From a virus (taxonomy: Duplodnaviria > Caudoviricetes): DNA of 64,000 nucleotides. Where the stretch lies: positions 166,358-230,357 of IMG/VR virus record IMGVR_UViG_3300011217_000001, one strand, 5' to 3'. The position numbers were made by a program, and so were the translations under genes. A model generated the notes under the pieces. The model did no database searches. It saw nothing but the letters and a program-made list of their open reading frames with translations, and was not told the DNA's origin. The first letter of the stretch is position 1, and each line of letters begins with the position of its first letter. Shown piece after piece: positions 8,865 through 18,272 of the stretch.

Positions 8865-10267
8865 GACGGATTGGACCTGTATGCAATTTTCAAGAGAACG
8901 CACAGGATGGGGATGAAGTAGAAGCGCTCCAGGTTGTCCCAGTAGCCGCATTCGGTTGCCATCTTCATCAGCACCTTGTTGTCCATCGGCTCACCACGCA
9001 GCAGCTTGTGGACCTCGATCTCCATCTTCGTCGAACGCTGTCCACTGCGAGAGTGATAGAAGCGCTCAGTGAAGATGTAGTAGTCCGAATCAGCCACCCG
9101 ATTGATGTCGGGGACGTCTTCCGGAGCATTGCCCAGATCGAGCAACGAGGGGACTGCGGTGGTGCGGATGAGGCGACGGATATCCTTGACTCGGGCACCG
9201 GAGCGCTGCAGCGAGTTGTTGGAGCCAGCCACCACGTTGTTGCGGGTGTAGTTGGCATCCACGTCGGTACGCACTTCGGCAGGGAACACCACGTCGCGAA
9301 CCTTGGTGTAGAAGATGCCGTTGTAGACCACGTGGTCCTTGAATCGGTTCGTGCTCACCAACTGCATCTTGTAGACTGCGGTGGGCAGGATACGACCATT
9401 GAGCGCTGCAATCGCATCCAGAACGGTGAGCTGTTCCATCGCACGATCGCCACCCACGTTCAGCGAACGCATGCGTCCACGGAAGGCGTTCTCGTTGGCC
9501 TCGAAGCATTGCTGCACGAAGCGGACCATGAAAGGGTCGTAGGTGATCGCGCTCTGATCGGGAACGATCAGGGTGTCCAGGTCGTGACTGTAGAAGTCAC
9601 GGAAGTACGACCCCAGCAGATCCTGATACATCTGGATCATGTTGCGCTGGTTGTTGTACAGCTCATCGATGATGAGCGGACTCTGGCCATGATGCAGGAA
9701 GTCACGGACGAAGTGATAGGTCACCGTCGTCTTACGGCGGAAGTCCTCGCGGCGACCAAGGTCGTTGTAGGAGATCAGCTCGTATTCGATCGTGTGGACG
9801 GTGTCCTTGAAGATCGTCTTGCGCTCGGCCTGGGTAACCTGGAACACACCCTCACGACCATCGCCCACGTCAGCGATGAACATGTCGCCGACATTGGGTA
9901 CGAGGCAAGGGTAGATCGTTGCCGAACCGCGCACCTGCATGGACTTGGTGTCTGCTTCCTGCGTCTGCCCGTCGTTGAGGGCGCTGGAGACGCGAAGCTC
10001 CATGCCCTTGATCAGACGGTACGGCTGTTGGTCTGCAGGCTTACCACGCTGCTGGCCACTGACCGCGTTGTCGCGATCGATAACCTGCGAGTAGTAATCA
10101 ACGATCCAACTCTGGCCGCTGACGTACGTCAGCAGGGAAGAGCTCGGGACGTGTCGGGTATTCACCGTCACACCGCGATACTCGGGATTCGTCACGACTG
10201 CCCCAGTCTGACGAAGGGTCGGCTTCGGCGGTCCCTTGTTCGGATCCGCTCCCGTTACGAAGGACAT
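8861..10267 (-). CDS. Virion structural protein, phiKZ gp99-like
   Basis: SLLTYVSGQSWIVDYYSQ and VPNVGDMFIADVGDGREGVF are typical of this family; synteny. Confidence 0.65.
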   Translation of the reverse strand: MSFVTGADPNKGPPKPTLRQTGAVVTNPEYRGVTVNTRHVPSSSLLTYVSGQSWIVDYYSQVIDRDNAVSGQQRGKPADQQPYRLIKGMELRVSSALNDGQTQEADTKSMQVRGSATIYPCLVPNVGDMFIADVGDGREGVFQVTQAERKTIFKDTVHTIEYELISYNDLGRREDFRRKTTVTYHFVRDFLHHGQSPLIIDELYNNQRNMIQMYQDLLGSYFRDFYSHDLDTLIVPDQSAITYDPFMVRFVQQCFEANENAFRGRMRSLNVGGDRAMEQLTVLDAIAALNGRILPTAVYKMQLVSTNRFKDHVVYNGIFYTKVRDVVFPAEVRTDVDANYTRNNVVAGSNNSLQRSGARVKDIRRLIRTTAVPSLLDLGNAPEDVPDINRVADSDYYIFTERFYHSRSGQRSTKMEIEVHKLLRGEPMDNKVLMKMATECGYWDNLERFYFIPILCVLLKIAYRSNPS

Positions 10268-11807
10268 CTTCCATTCTCCTGGCTACAAGTGTGTAGTTGC
10301 CAACGGTGAGCATCACGTGCTCCACTCCGTTGAAATGTTGACCGCGCTGCAACTCCACGCGCTTAATGATGATCTCGATGTCGCGCATTGCGACCGAACC
10401 GTTGGGCAGCAGTTCCGGAATCCAGACGCCATTGGCAAAGCCGCACTGGATCTGAGTGAGTAGCTTGACCAACGCCTTGCCATGCTTGCGCATGCGGTTC
10501 CAGCTGTCGGTGGAAATGCGCTTGAGGTCGTTGACCATGGACAGTCGCAGGTGATACACCTTGCGCATGTCGATCTCCAACCGCTTGATCGCACACCCGT
10601 CAGCAGCCAAATGGACAGCGCCATCGGTAAGCGGAAGGTCGTTCTCAAACAGCGCCAGATGCACCACTGACTTTCCCAGCACCGAGATATGGTTACGCTC
10701 TGCGATGATGAAGTTCATCAGGTCATCGTCAAGCTTCCAGTCACCCAGATGATGCAGGTTGCCGAGATTGCGATCCGATTCAGGTTTGGCTGCAATCAGC
10801 AACGTGATGATCGAGGACGTACCCGATGGAACACGACGCGGTGCCCAGTCATCGAAGTACGGCAGGACCACGCCATCCAAGCAACAACCCGGCGGACGGA
10901 ACAGCTTGCTGAACTGCTCCAGTGCCAAGGTGTCGAAGGACTGTGCCCGGTTGTGTTGGTTGGGTGAGTAAATACCTTCACCAGGCAGCGGACGAATGTC
11001 TTCCGGGATCACCTGGTTATGGATGACCATCGGATACTCGATGTGCGCACCGGTCACCTTGTCGTACTGGAAGACGTAGCTGAAGTCGAACTGCATCGCA
11101 GAGGCCTCACCATCCTTGGTCGGATGATCTGGCAGTGCGGAGAACTCGAACCAGCCCTGCACCTGAATCTGCTGCTCGGCGATAACCAGACGGGGTTCTT
11201 TACCCGCCTGATTGGTAACCACCGTCAGCTTGTTGGTGCCGTGTTCTTCGAGATACTCCTCGAAGTCCTGTCCGTAGCCAGCCTGCTCTTCACGCAGGTC
11301 GTAGATACGGGAGAGGATGTACTGGAACTCCTTGGGGAAGGAATAGCTGTAATCCACCACGTGCAGGTTTTCCATCCGTCCCTTGGCCGTGCGCATGCGC
11401 AGGTCATTGCGGAAGCGTTCTGCGACGGTAGCGTTCTCCGCACGGAACTGGAAGTTGATCCTGGCCATCGTAGCCGAGTAGATCGGGTACACCAGAATAC
11501 CCAACGCCTGATCACTGAAGATGGCGATGTTGTTCTTCTGGTGCGTGTTCATGGTCAGGAACGAACGTTCGTCCACATCCTCCACCACTTCCACGCGCAT
11601 CTTGTTTGCATGGGAGAAGGTGTTGAACTCCTCAGCGGGAGTGAGGGTAGAGCCATTCATGTAACTGGCTCCTGCCACACCGATGTACTGAATGGTAGTG
11701 CCGATCGGAGCCCCGGTGAGCTTCTGGATCTGGCGAACAACATCATAAACCACTGGACGGCTGATGCTGTCGTAGGTCTCGTCGATCGTGATGGAACCGC
11801 TGGGCAT
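10098..11807 (-). CDS. Virion structural protein, phiKZ gp98-like
   Basis: 569 aa; AGAGG SD; synteny. The last ~56 codons overlap the next gene. Confidence 0.65.
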   Translation of the reverse strand: MPSGSITIDETYDSISRPVVYDVVRQIQKLTGAPIGTTIQYIGVAGASYMNGSTLTPAEEFNTFSHANKMRVEVVEDVDERSFLTMNTHQKNNIAIFSDQALGILVYPIYSATMARINFQFRAENATVAERFRNDLRMRTAKGRMENLHVVDYSYSFPKEFQYILSRIYDLREEQAGYGQDFEEYLEEHGTNKLTVVTNQAGKEPRLVIAEQQIQVQGWFEFSALPDHPTKDGEASAMQFDFSYVFQYDKVTGAHIEYPMVIHNQVIPEDIRPLPGEGIYSPNQHNRAQSFDTLALEQFSKLFRPPGCCLDGVVLPYFDDWAPRRVPSGTSSIITLLIAAKPESDRNLGNLHHLGDWKLDDDLMNFIIAERNHISVLGKSVVHLALFENDLPLTDGAVHLAADGCAIKRLEIDMRKVYHLRLSMVNDLKRISTDSWNRMRKHGKALVKLLTQIQCGFANGVWIPELLPNGSVAMRDIEIIIKRVELQRGQHFNGVEHVMLTVGNYTLVARRMEDVLRNGSGSEQGTAEADPSSDWGSRDESRVSRCDGEYPTRPELFPADVRQRPELDR

Positions 11808-11844
11808 GGCCGCCTCTTTCTAAGCGTGGGTCATAACATCGACC

Positions 11845-11902
11845 AAAAAAAAAAAGACTACCAGTATCTCCACTCCCCCGTAGGGGAGTGGAGCCTATGC
11901 TC
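11845..11902 (-). terminator. Intrinsic terminator for the 11920..12303 gene
   Basis: CTCCACTCCCC-CGTA-GGGGAGTGGAG stem; the A run at about 11845-11855 is a U-tract on the minus strand. Confidence 0.7.
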
Positions 11903-11919
11903 GACTTGCCAGCGCCGGC

Positions 11920-12303
11920 TTAGAAGCCGGTGCCGAACAGGCCGTCGCCGTCGCGGTTGTCACGGTTGTTGTACCACCAGTAGGCCAGACCAGCCAGGCC
12001 GCCGACGACCACGCCAGCGATCATGGTCTTGCCCACCCAGCCCATGCCTTCGCGCGGCAGTTCGTCGGCGTAGGCATTCGGGTCGATCAGCTGACCTTCG
12101 GCCATCAGCGATGCGTTGATTTCGCCCATGGCGGCGTCGAAGGTGGCGCGGTCGATCAGGGCACCGGAGACGGTGACCGAGTCGTTCTCGGACAGATCCT
12201 TGATCAGCTTCGGCATCATGTCGCCGTTGATGTTGGCCAGGGCAGCGGCGCGGAGCAGGTTGACGGCGGTGGCAACGTCACGGATCGGGGCATTCTTGGA
12301 CAT
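11920..12303 (-). CDS. Early, C-terminally membrane-anchored hypothetical protein (self-contained transcription unit)
   Basis: GAGGAG SD; TM segment MIAGVVVGGLAGLAYWWY; has its own promoter and terminator. Confidence 0.8.
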   Translation of the reverse strand: MSKNAPIRDVATAVNLLRAAALANINGDMMPKLIKDLSENDSVTVSGALIDRATFDAAMGEINASLMAEGQLIDPNAYADELPREGMGWVGKTMIAGVVVGGLAGLAYWWYNNRDNRDGDGLFGTGF

Positions 12304-12380
12304 GTAACACTCCTCGTATCTAAGGGATACAGCTTTGGGTGGGTTTAACGCCGAGGGAATTGAACTCGACGCTCACATGG

Positions 12381-12409
12381 GTGATATAGGGGTGAAACTT
12401 ATTTGAATC
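12381..12409 (-). promoter_or_regulatory. Putative early (virion RNAP) promoter
   Basis: Minus strand reads GATTCAAATAAGTTTCACCCCTATATCAC, resembling the phiKZ early TATATTAC box. Confidence 0.75.
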
Positions 12410-12464
12410 CCAGTTTTAGGGCATAGCGACATAGGGGAGACCCCGAAGGGTCTCCCCGTACCTA

Positions 12465-13775
12465 TTAACGCTGATGCAGAGCCAGCGAACGTTCCATGAC
12501 GGACATGGTCGAACGGCAGACCACGATGAAGTGGCCCAGGAACTGGCTCATCGGACCGATGGTGCGATGGGTGAAGTTGGACAGGAAGGCCAGCAGCACT
12601 TTCTTGGCGCCGCTGTTCTGCGGGTTCTTCTCCGCATCCGTTGCCGACATCACTGCCTTGCCACGACGATCCAGTTCACTGAAGGCCTTCTCCATGTTCT
12701 GGAAGAAGTTGCCGCCCTCGACCTTCTCCACGAAGCCGAGCATGTCATAGACACGTTCAGCAAGGGAGTGGCACTGCTGTGCCGGGATCGTTGCCATGGT
12801 TTCAGAGCCAGTCGGCTGCTGTGCATCGGAGACCGTACGGACCCACTGCATGCCAGCACCCTGATGACCTGCGGCCACGAACACCAGACCCCAGCCACCA
12901 GGCAGACCACGAACCACCTTGGCAGTACCCGGCTCGAAGCGCGGGTCAGCGAAGGGGACCGAGGTACGGAACTTGGTAGCCATCTTCCACGGATCGAAGA
13001 TGTCCTCGCCGGACTTGACAGCACGCATGGCCTGTTGAGCGCGACCATTGGCGAAGTCACCCAGTGCTTCGTTGACCTTGCCCAGGGTGTCGTTGATGGC
13101 GTTGGGATAGACATCGAACAGGATCTGACCCTGACGCGTCATCTCGCGCAGCGCTGCGTCGATCTGACCCACGGCGGCCGGACTACGACCCTGTACCGCC
13201 AGCGAGTAGGCATCACTGCCCAATGCAACGGTAGCAGATTCCAGCGGCTGACCAGAGGCACCCTTGGCACGAGCCACGATGCGCTGTGCACGACGCTTCA
13301 GGACAGCGATCTGTCCCATGGCGCGTTGGAAGAAGGCAGAGATGGATGCGAGCACATTGCGGATCACGTCCATGATGCGCTGCCAGATACGGGCGATTGT
13401 CTCACCCACACCTTCCATCGAGATCTTCGAACCGATGCTGCTTTCCAGACCCGGTGCCAGACTCTCCGGCAAGCGACCCGTACCAGCCAGTGCCATCTCC
13501 AGAGCGATCTGGGTCAGGGCAGCTTCGTGGGGGGTGGCTTCCTGGATATCAGAGGTGACCAGAGACAGGCGCTGCAGACCATCAGCCAGATCCATCGCGC
13601 GACCAACGTCCTCCAGTTCACCGGGGACGCGAGCGATCTGTGCAACCGAATCGGTGAAGGCGGTCTCCGCAATGTCCTCAGCTACTACCAGATGCGGATC
13701 ACGGGTCTCCACCACGGCTTGGGCAACAGCGTCATCAGCGAAGGCTTCCACGTCGGACGATGTGTAATCATCCAC
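12465..13775 (-). CDS. Internal head/inner-body protein, phiKZ gp93-97 paralog family
   Basis: GTG start with an AAGGAG SD. Acidic propeptide with S/A/G-x-E protease sites (PGLES, ISMEG), then an amphipathic IWQRIMDVIRNVL helix. Confidence 0.75.
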   Translation of the reverse strand: MDDYTSSDVEAFADDAVAQAVVETRDPHLVVAEDIAETAFTDSVAQIARVPGELEDVGRAMDLADGLQRLSLVTSDIQEATPHEAALTQIALEMALAGTGRLPESLAPGLESSIGSKISMEGVGETIARIWQRIMDVIRNVLASISAFFQRAMGQIAVLKRRAQRIVARAKGASGQPLESATVALGSDAYSLAVQGRSPAAVGQIDAALREMTRQGQILFDVYPNAINDTLGKVNEALGDFANGRAQQAMRAVKSGEDIFDPWKMATKFRTSVPFADPRFEPGTAKVVRGLPGGWGLVFVAAGHQGAGMQWVRTVSDAQQPTGSETMATIPAQQCHSLAERVYDMLGFVEKVEGGNFFQNMEKAFSELDRRGKAVMSATDAEKNPQNSGAKKVLLAFLSNFTHRTIGPMSQFLGHFIVVCRSTMSVMERSLALHQR

Positions 13776-13856
13776 GATTGATTCTCCTTGGTTGACGTTA
13801 TAAAGCCGAGGCCCCCGAAGGGGCCTCGGCTCCATGCTTGCGCAGACGAGGCTGTA

Positions 13857-15188
13857 TTAGCCCTTGTACATGCCAGCAGCCTTCTCGCCCAGGGCCAGAA
13901 CCTTGGCGCCCGTGGTGATCAGGTAGCGGGTGATCGCAGCGGCCGGCGCGTCGATCACGTTGGCGCAGGACTTGGCCGCCGACAGGATCTGGCGTGCGTT
14001 GGCCTTGTTCTCGCCGGTCAGCTTTTCCGACTTCTCGGCTTCGGTCGAGAACTTGTCGCCGGCAGCCTTCACCTTGTTGATCAGGGTGTCGATCTGCTGG
14101 AACGCGTTGTTGTACTTGGCAACACGCGTGGCCAGGGCAGCGATTTCTTCGCCGACCTTCTCCAGCTCGCCCTTGTTCGGCACGGAGATCTTGACTTCCT
14201 TGACTTCCACCGGGGTGGCGGTGTAGTCGCGGACGGACACGTTGTAGGTGCCCAGGGTCTCGATCTTCGAGGTCAGGGTGGCGCCCGGCTTCTTGCAGGT
14301 CACGAAGATGGCCTGGTTGCCCGGCAGCGGCTCGGAACGGTCCACTTCCAGACCGGCGAAGCGCTTGTCACCCGATGCGACCTTGGCGCCAGCCACGGTC
14401 GGCACCTGGCCGATCAGGTTGTCGACGGCCTTGGCCGAGGACTCGAAGTTCTTCTCGCTGTCGAACTTCCAGTTGGTCAGGGCGGCGGTGAAGGCATCGC
14501 CGTATTCCCAGGTCTTCTTGAAGAAGTCGTCGAACAGCCAGTCACCCTGCGCGCGCAGGCTCTTGGCGGTGTCGCCCAGACCTTCGACCTTCTTGCCGAC
14601 GGCCAGGCCGCTGGCGATGTTGCCGGCGATGGTCAGCTGCTTTTCCTTCGGCTCGCCTTCCAGGCCCTTGGCAGTGGTCTGCAGGGCTTCGGCGCGGCGC
14701 TTCAGCTTCGGGGCGGCAGCGAAGAGCTTGATGAACAGCTTCTTGATGCTGTCGCGGACCTTGGCGATGGCACGCTTGATGGCTTCCCAGACCTTCTTCA
14801 GCCAGGCCTTGACGTCGGCTTCCATCGACAGGGTGGCCGACTGCTTGGAGCTGTCGCCGCCGAAGGATTCCAGCGAGGCGTGGGTGAACTTGGCCGACGG
14901 ACCCAGCGGGCGCAGGGCGAAGTCGATGGCGCGCTGCGCGTAGCGGGCAGCGACCGGGTCCAGGCCGCCGTTCTTGGCATCGGCTTCCAGCGACAGGGCG
15001 ATGGATTCCAGGGCTTCGGCGGTGTCTTCCAGCTGCTCGACGTTGGTCTGGTCGGCTTCGGCTTCGCCGCCGGCCTCTTCGACTTCGGTCAGGTCAGCTT
15101 CGAGGCTGTCGGCACCGGTTTCTTCGATGTCTTCAGCACCGGTCTCGTCTTCCGATTCCAGGGAGGCGAAAAAGTCGCGAACGCTCAT
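13857..15188 (-). CDS. Abundant internal head/inner-body protein, phiKZ gp93-like
   Basis: Acidic propeptide with ASLE, LSLE, ASLE and LSME sites, then KAWLKKVWEAIK; very strong codon bias. Confidence 0.8.
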   Translation of the reverse strand: MSVRDFFASLESEDETGAEDIEETGADSLEADLTEVEEAGGEAEADQTNVEQLEDTAEALESIALSLEADAKNGGLDPVAARYAQRAIDFALRPLGPSAKFTHASLESFGGDSSKQSATLSMEADVKAWLKKVWEAIKRAIAKVRDSIKKLFIKLFAAAPKLKRRAEALQTTAKGLEGEPKEKQLTIAGNIASGLAVGKKVEGLGDTAKSLRAQGDWLFDDFFKKTWEYGDAFTAALTNWKFDSEKNFESSAKAVDNLIGQVPTVAGAKVASGDKRFAGLEVDRSEPLPGNQAIFVTCKKPGATLTSKIETLGTYNVSVRDYTATPVEVKEVKISVPNKGELEKVGEEIAALATRVAKYNNAFQQIDTLINKVKAAGDKFSTEAEKSEKLTGENKANARQILSAAKSCANVIDAPAAAITRYLITTGAKVLALGEKAAGMYKG

Positions 15189-15383
15189 TGCATTGTCCTT
15201 CTGTATGGGTTGTGCCGGGGAATGACCCAGGCGAGTAACAGCTGTTACAGCATTCCCTGCTGCGGGTTTCTGCTAGTGGTGCGCACCAACAAAATAGATC
15301 CAAATAATACTCGTGAAAAATGCTCACTTGTTTCCAGCGGTGAGCATTTTCCCTATAGAATAGCTTGCGCTATCCTAGAGCTT

Positions 15384-15893
15384 TCAGTCGTTACGCTGCT
15401 GTTTGCTACGACCGAAGATCAGGTACAGCGAGAGGATCATGTCCTCAAAGCCGCCTTCACGCGAGCACCACTTGGTCACAACATAGGCCGAATCGTTCTC
15501 AAACATGCCCAGATCGAGCGGCACGGCGCGAACGATATTGTTCCCATGTGTGGGGAAATCGTCTTCGTTGACCAGATCGTGCCAGTTCATCGCCGACAGC
15601 TTGCGCTTACCGGAATTGATGAAGTTGACCGTATCGACCAGGAAGTCGTAGTTGAATCCCCGCAGGTTCGCATTGGCCTGCTGGTCCTTGGCCCACTCCA
15701 CGAAGTTGTGGAGCAGGCGTCCGGCAACCACCAGCACCTCGGCGCGCTTGGCGAAGGACTGGGTGTTGAGCTTCTGTGCCATGAAGTCGTCGAAGATCTT
15801 GTTGATCTCCGGGTCACCATTGACACGAATCACACCCGAGCCATTCGGCACTCGGCGGAAGTAACGGCGAGGATAGATCAGGAGAGCTGCCAT
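15384..15893 (-). CDS. Conserved phiKZ gp91-like protein
   Basis: AGGAGG SD; KWCSREGGFEDM; synteny. Confidence 0.6.
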   Translation of the reverse strand: MAALLIYPRRYFRRVPNGSGVIRVNGDPEINKIFDDFMAQKLNTQSFAKRAEVLVVAGRLLHNFVEWAKDQQANANLRGFNYDFLVDTVNFINSGKRKLSAMNWHDLVNEDDFPTHGNNIVRAVPLDLGMFENDSAYVVTKWCSREGGFEDMILSLYLIFGRSKQQRND

Positions 15894-15905
15894 CGGTAAC
15901 CCTCC

Positions 15906-16814
15906 TTAGTTGAGGTACTTTTCTTCGTACTTGGCAACCTGCCGGCGCTTGTCCAGCAGGCGGCGACGGGTGTACTCCAGGGCCTTGACGGCCGCCGGTT
16001 CGGAGGTACGGCCAGCGTAGACCTGCTCCAGGTTGAGCAGGCTGTATTCGATGGCACGCGCTTCTTCGACAGCCGCCTGGTAGCGATTGGCCGAGAACAT
16101 GGCCAGGCCAGCACGGATGTGGAAGAACGGGTTCCAGCGCGGGGGCAGGAAGTCCATGCGCAGCGGATCGAGCTTGGCAGCACCGATACCCTGACGCATC
16201 GCATCGTCGTTTTCAGCACGCACTGCTGCGTCGGGAACCGACTTCAGCGCACGGTCCACTTCGACCAGCGGGATCTCCAGCAGCTTGCACACGCCCACGA
16301 AGCCCGGCAGACCCTTCTGGAGCATCTCCAGTTCAGCCTGCGGCATCGTGGAGGCGCCACGCTCGTTCACGTTGCCCTGAGCGGCTGCGGTTTCGCAGTC
16401 GATGGTCCACAGCAGCAGGTGGCGTGCGTAGGTGACGAAGAAGTCCAGCGCGTTGAGGTACTGGAGCACCGTGGCACGACGGTAGTCCAGCTCTTCCTGC
16501 GACACGTCCTTGTTGAAGCTGGTCTTGGTGTAGTTGTGGATCATCGCCACCTTGGCCGGCATCTCTTCCATGAGACGCAGCAGCAGGACCGGATAGTTCG
16601 GGCCCCAGGTACGGTCGGCGTTCTCGAAGGCCTTGCTGACCTCCTGCACCGCACGACTGCGGAAACCGCCACGACCTTCCAGCACCCTCACGCCATTACG
16701 GAACGGGGCGGTGGTCAGTTCGTTGACTTCGTGGTCCAGCGCAGCCAGTGCAGCGGTGATCTGATCACGTCGCAGGGTCTCCTGGAGACCCCGGACGAAT
16801 TCGAGGGCTTTCAT
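15906..16814 (-). CDS. Head protein, phiKZ gp90-like
   Basis: 302 aa, helical; WNPFFHIR; synteny. Confidence 0.7.
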   Translation of the reverse strand: MKALEFVRGLQETLRRDQITAALAALDHEVNELTTAPFRNGVRVLEGRGGFRSRAVQEVSKAFENADRTWGPNYPVLLLRLMEEMPAKVAMIHNYTKTSFNKDVSQEELDYRRATVLQYLNALDFFVTYARHLLLWTIDCETAAAQGNVNERGASTMPQAELEMLQKGLPGFVGVCKLLEIPLVEVDRALKSVPDAAVRAENDDAMRQGIGAAKLDPLRMDFLPPRWNPFFHIRAGLAMFSANRYQAAVEEARAIEYSLLNLEQVYAGRTSEPAAVKALEYTRRRLLDKRRQVAKYEEKYLN

Positions 16815-16832
16815 TTCTTTTGTTTCCTTGGA

Positions 16833-18239
16833 TCAGAAGGAGGGGGCGTTCTGGCTGTTGAGCGCCTTGAAGATTTCCATGATGTCAGCAGTGCTGCTGC
16901 CACCCTTCGACGCGCCCTTGATGTCGCGCAGGTTCAGCTCGGTGGGCAGGTCGATGCCGCGATGGTAGAAGGTGACGCTCTCCCACTTCTCGTCGACCAC
17001 GACCAGCACCATCAGGTAGGAACCTTCGAAGATGCGCTGACGGAAGCGGCCATCGCTGATACGACCGCGTGCATCGCGCTCCAGCTCCTTGACGGTTTCG
17101 CTGGACATCACGCACAGGTTCGAGGCGGTGGCCAGCGACGGGCTGCCACGGAAGATCGCCGCCAGGCCGTTGCTGTTGCGGGTCTTCAGGATGTTCCGGT
17201 AGGTCCGGGTGCTGTCCTGAGCCAGCGTACGGCGATGGTTGTCGATCAGGTCGGTGCAGAAGACGATGTCCTTGACGAACTCCAGCTGACCGGCACGCCA
17301 CATGTGGTAGCGTTCCTTGATGGTCATGTTCTTGGACAGGTCGCCCAATATATGAACCAGGTTCCGGGGGGCGATCAGCGAAGCGATCAGGCGCAGCTGA
17401 ACCGGGAAGCGAGCAGTCTGGCCGTTGTCCGTGACCGACACTTCCAGCATCTTGCCGACGCTGAGGTTGGCAGTGTCCTTCAGAACATCGACATTGGAGA
17501 ACTCGGCGCCAGGCTGCGAGCGTTCGTATTCACGCTGCTCTTCTTCAGCCAGACGACGTTCTTCTTCGGCCATCTGCCGCAGCTCTTCCTGCTTTTCACG
17601 TCGATCAGCGCGGGTGCGCTGGTCGGCGAAGCGGGCTTCTTCCAGCTCCTGCTTACGACGCTCGGCGTCGGCACGACTCTGGTCGCGCAGGCGGTTCTGG
17701 TATTCGCGATCGGCTTCGCCTTCGCGCTGCTCCATCTGACGACGCTGTTCGGCGTTGAAACGGCGGGTGTCCAGAGCCAGGCGACGCTCGTCCAGCTTCA
17801 TGCGCTGCTGCTGGTAATCGTCAGCTTCCAGGCCGTAGCTTTCCAGACCCGGAGTCGGCAGGTTCGGCGAAGGCAGGCCGAAGCGGTAGGACTCCATCGA
17901 AGACATCAGGTAGGCGGAGGCGCGCTGCATGTCAGCCGCGCCCAGGCCGGAACGCTTGGGGTTCAGCGGTTCCAACAGACGCACCACGTCGACACGTCCG
18001 ACGTTGACACGCAGGCTGACCGCCATCATGTAGTAGGCTGCGAAGAGCGAGGTGAGCGACTGCATGATGTCGCCCATGTACGGCTGTGACTGCAGGCGTG
18101 CATCGACCAGCGCGACCGGCTCCACGCGAGTGGGCTGGGACACGTCAATCAGTGACTTGTTGTTCTTTGCGAACAGGAATGGCAGCGACTGGGTCACGAA
18201 CTTCAGCGCGGTATTCGCCAGCACCGATTTGAGAATCAT
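16833..18239 (-). CDS. Head protein, phiKZ gp89-like, with a charged coiled-coil insertion
   Basis: SLIDVSQPTRVEP, NLSVGK and KERYHMWRAGQL; SME/GLE cleavage-type sites. Confidence 0.75.
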   Translation of the reverse strand: MILKSVLANTALKFVTQSLPFLFAKNNKSLIDVSQPTRVEPVALVDARLQSQPYMGDIMQSLTSLFAAYYMMAVSLRVNVGRVDVVRLLEPLNPKRSGLGAADMQRASAYLMSSMESYRFGLPSPNLPTPGLESYGLEADDYQQQRMKLDERRLALDTRRFNAEQRRQMEQREGEADREYQNRLRDQSRADAERRKQELEEARFADQRTRADRREKQEELRQMAEEERRLAEEEQREYERSQPGAEFSNVDVLKDTANLSVGKMLEVSVTDNGQTARFPVQLRLIASLIAPRNLVHILGDLSKNMTIKERYHMWRAGQLEFVKDIVFCTDLIDNHRRTLAQDSTRTYRNILKTRNSNGLAAIFRGSPSLATASNLCVMSSETVKELERDARGRISDGRFRQRIFEGSYLMVLVVVDEKWESVTFYHRGIDLPTELNLRDIKGASKGGSSTADIMEIFKALNSQNAPSF

Positions 18240-18272
18240 TGGAAAGCCCTTTTATCGGAGGTTGAAACAGAA

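Noticed and set aside
15190-15383. Possible ncRNA/riboswitch in the leader of the major internal head gene (hairpin AAAATGCTCAC...GTGAGCATTTT)
   Set aside because: Only one clear stem and no recognisable RNA family motif; insufficient support.
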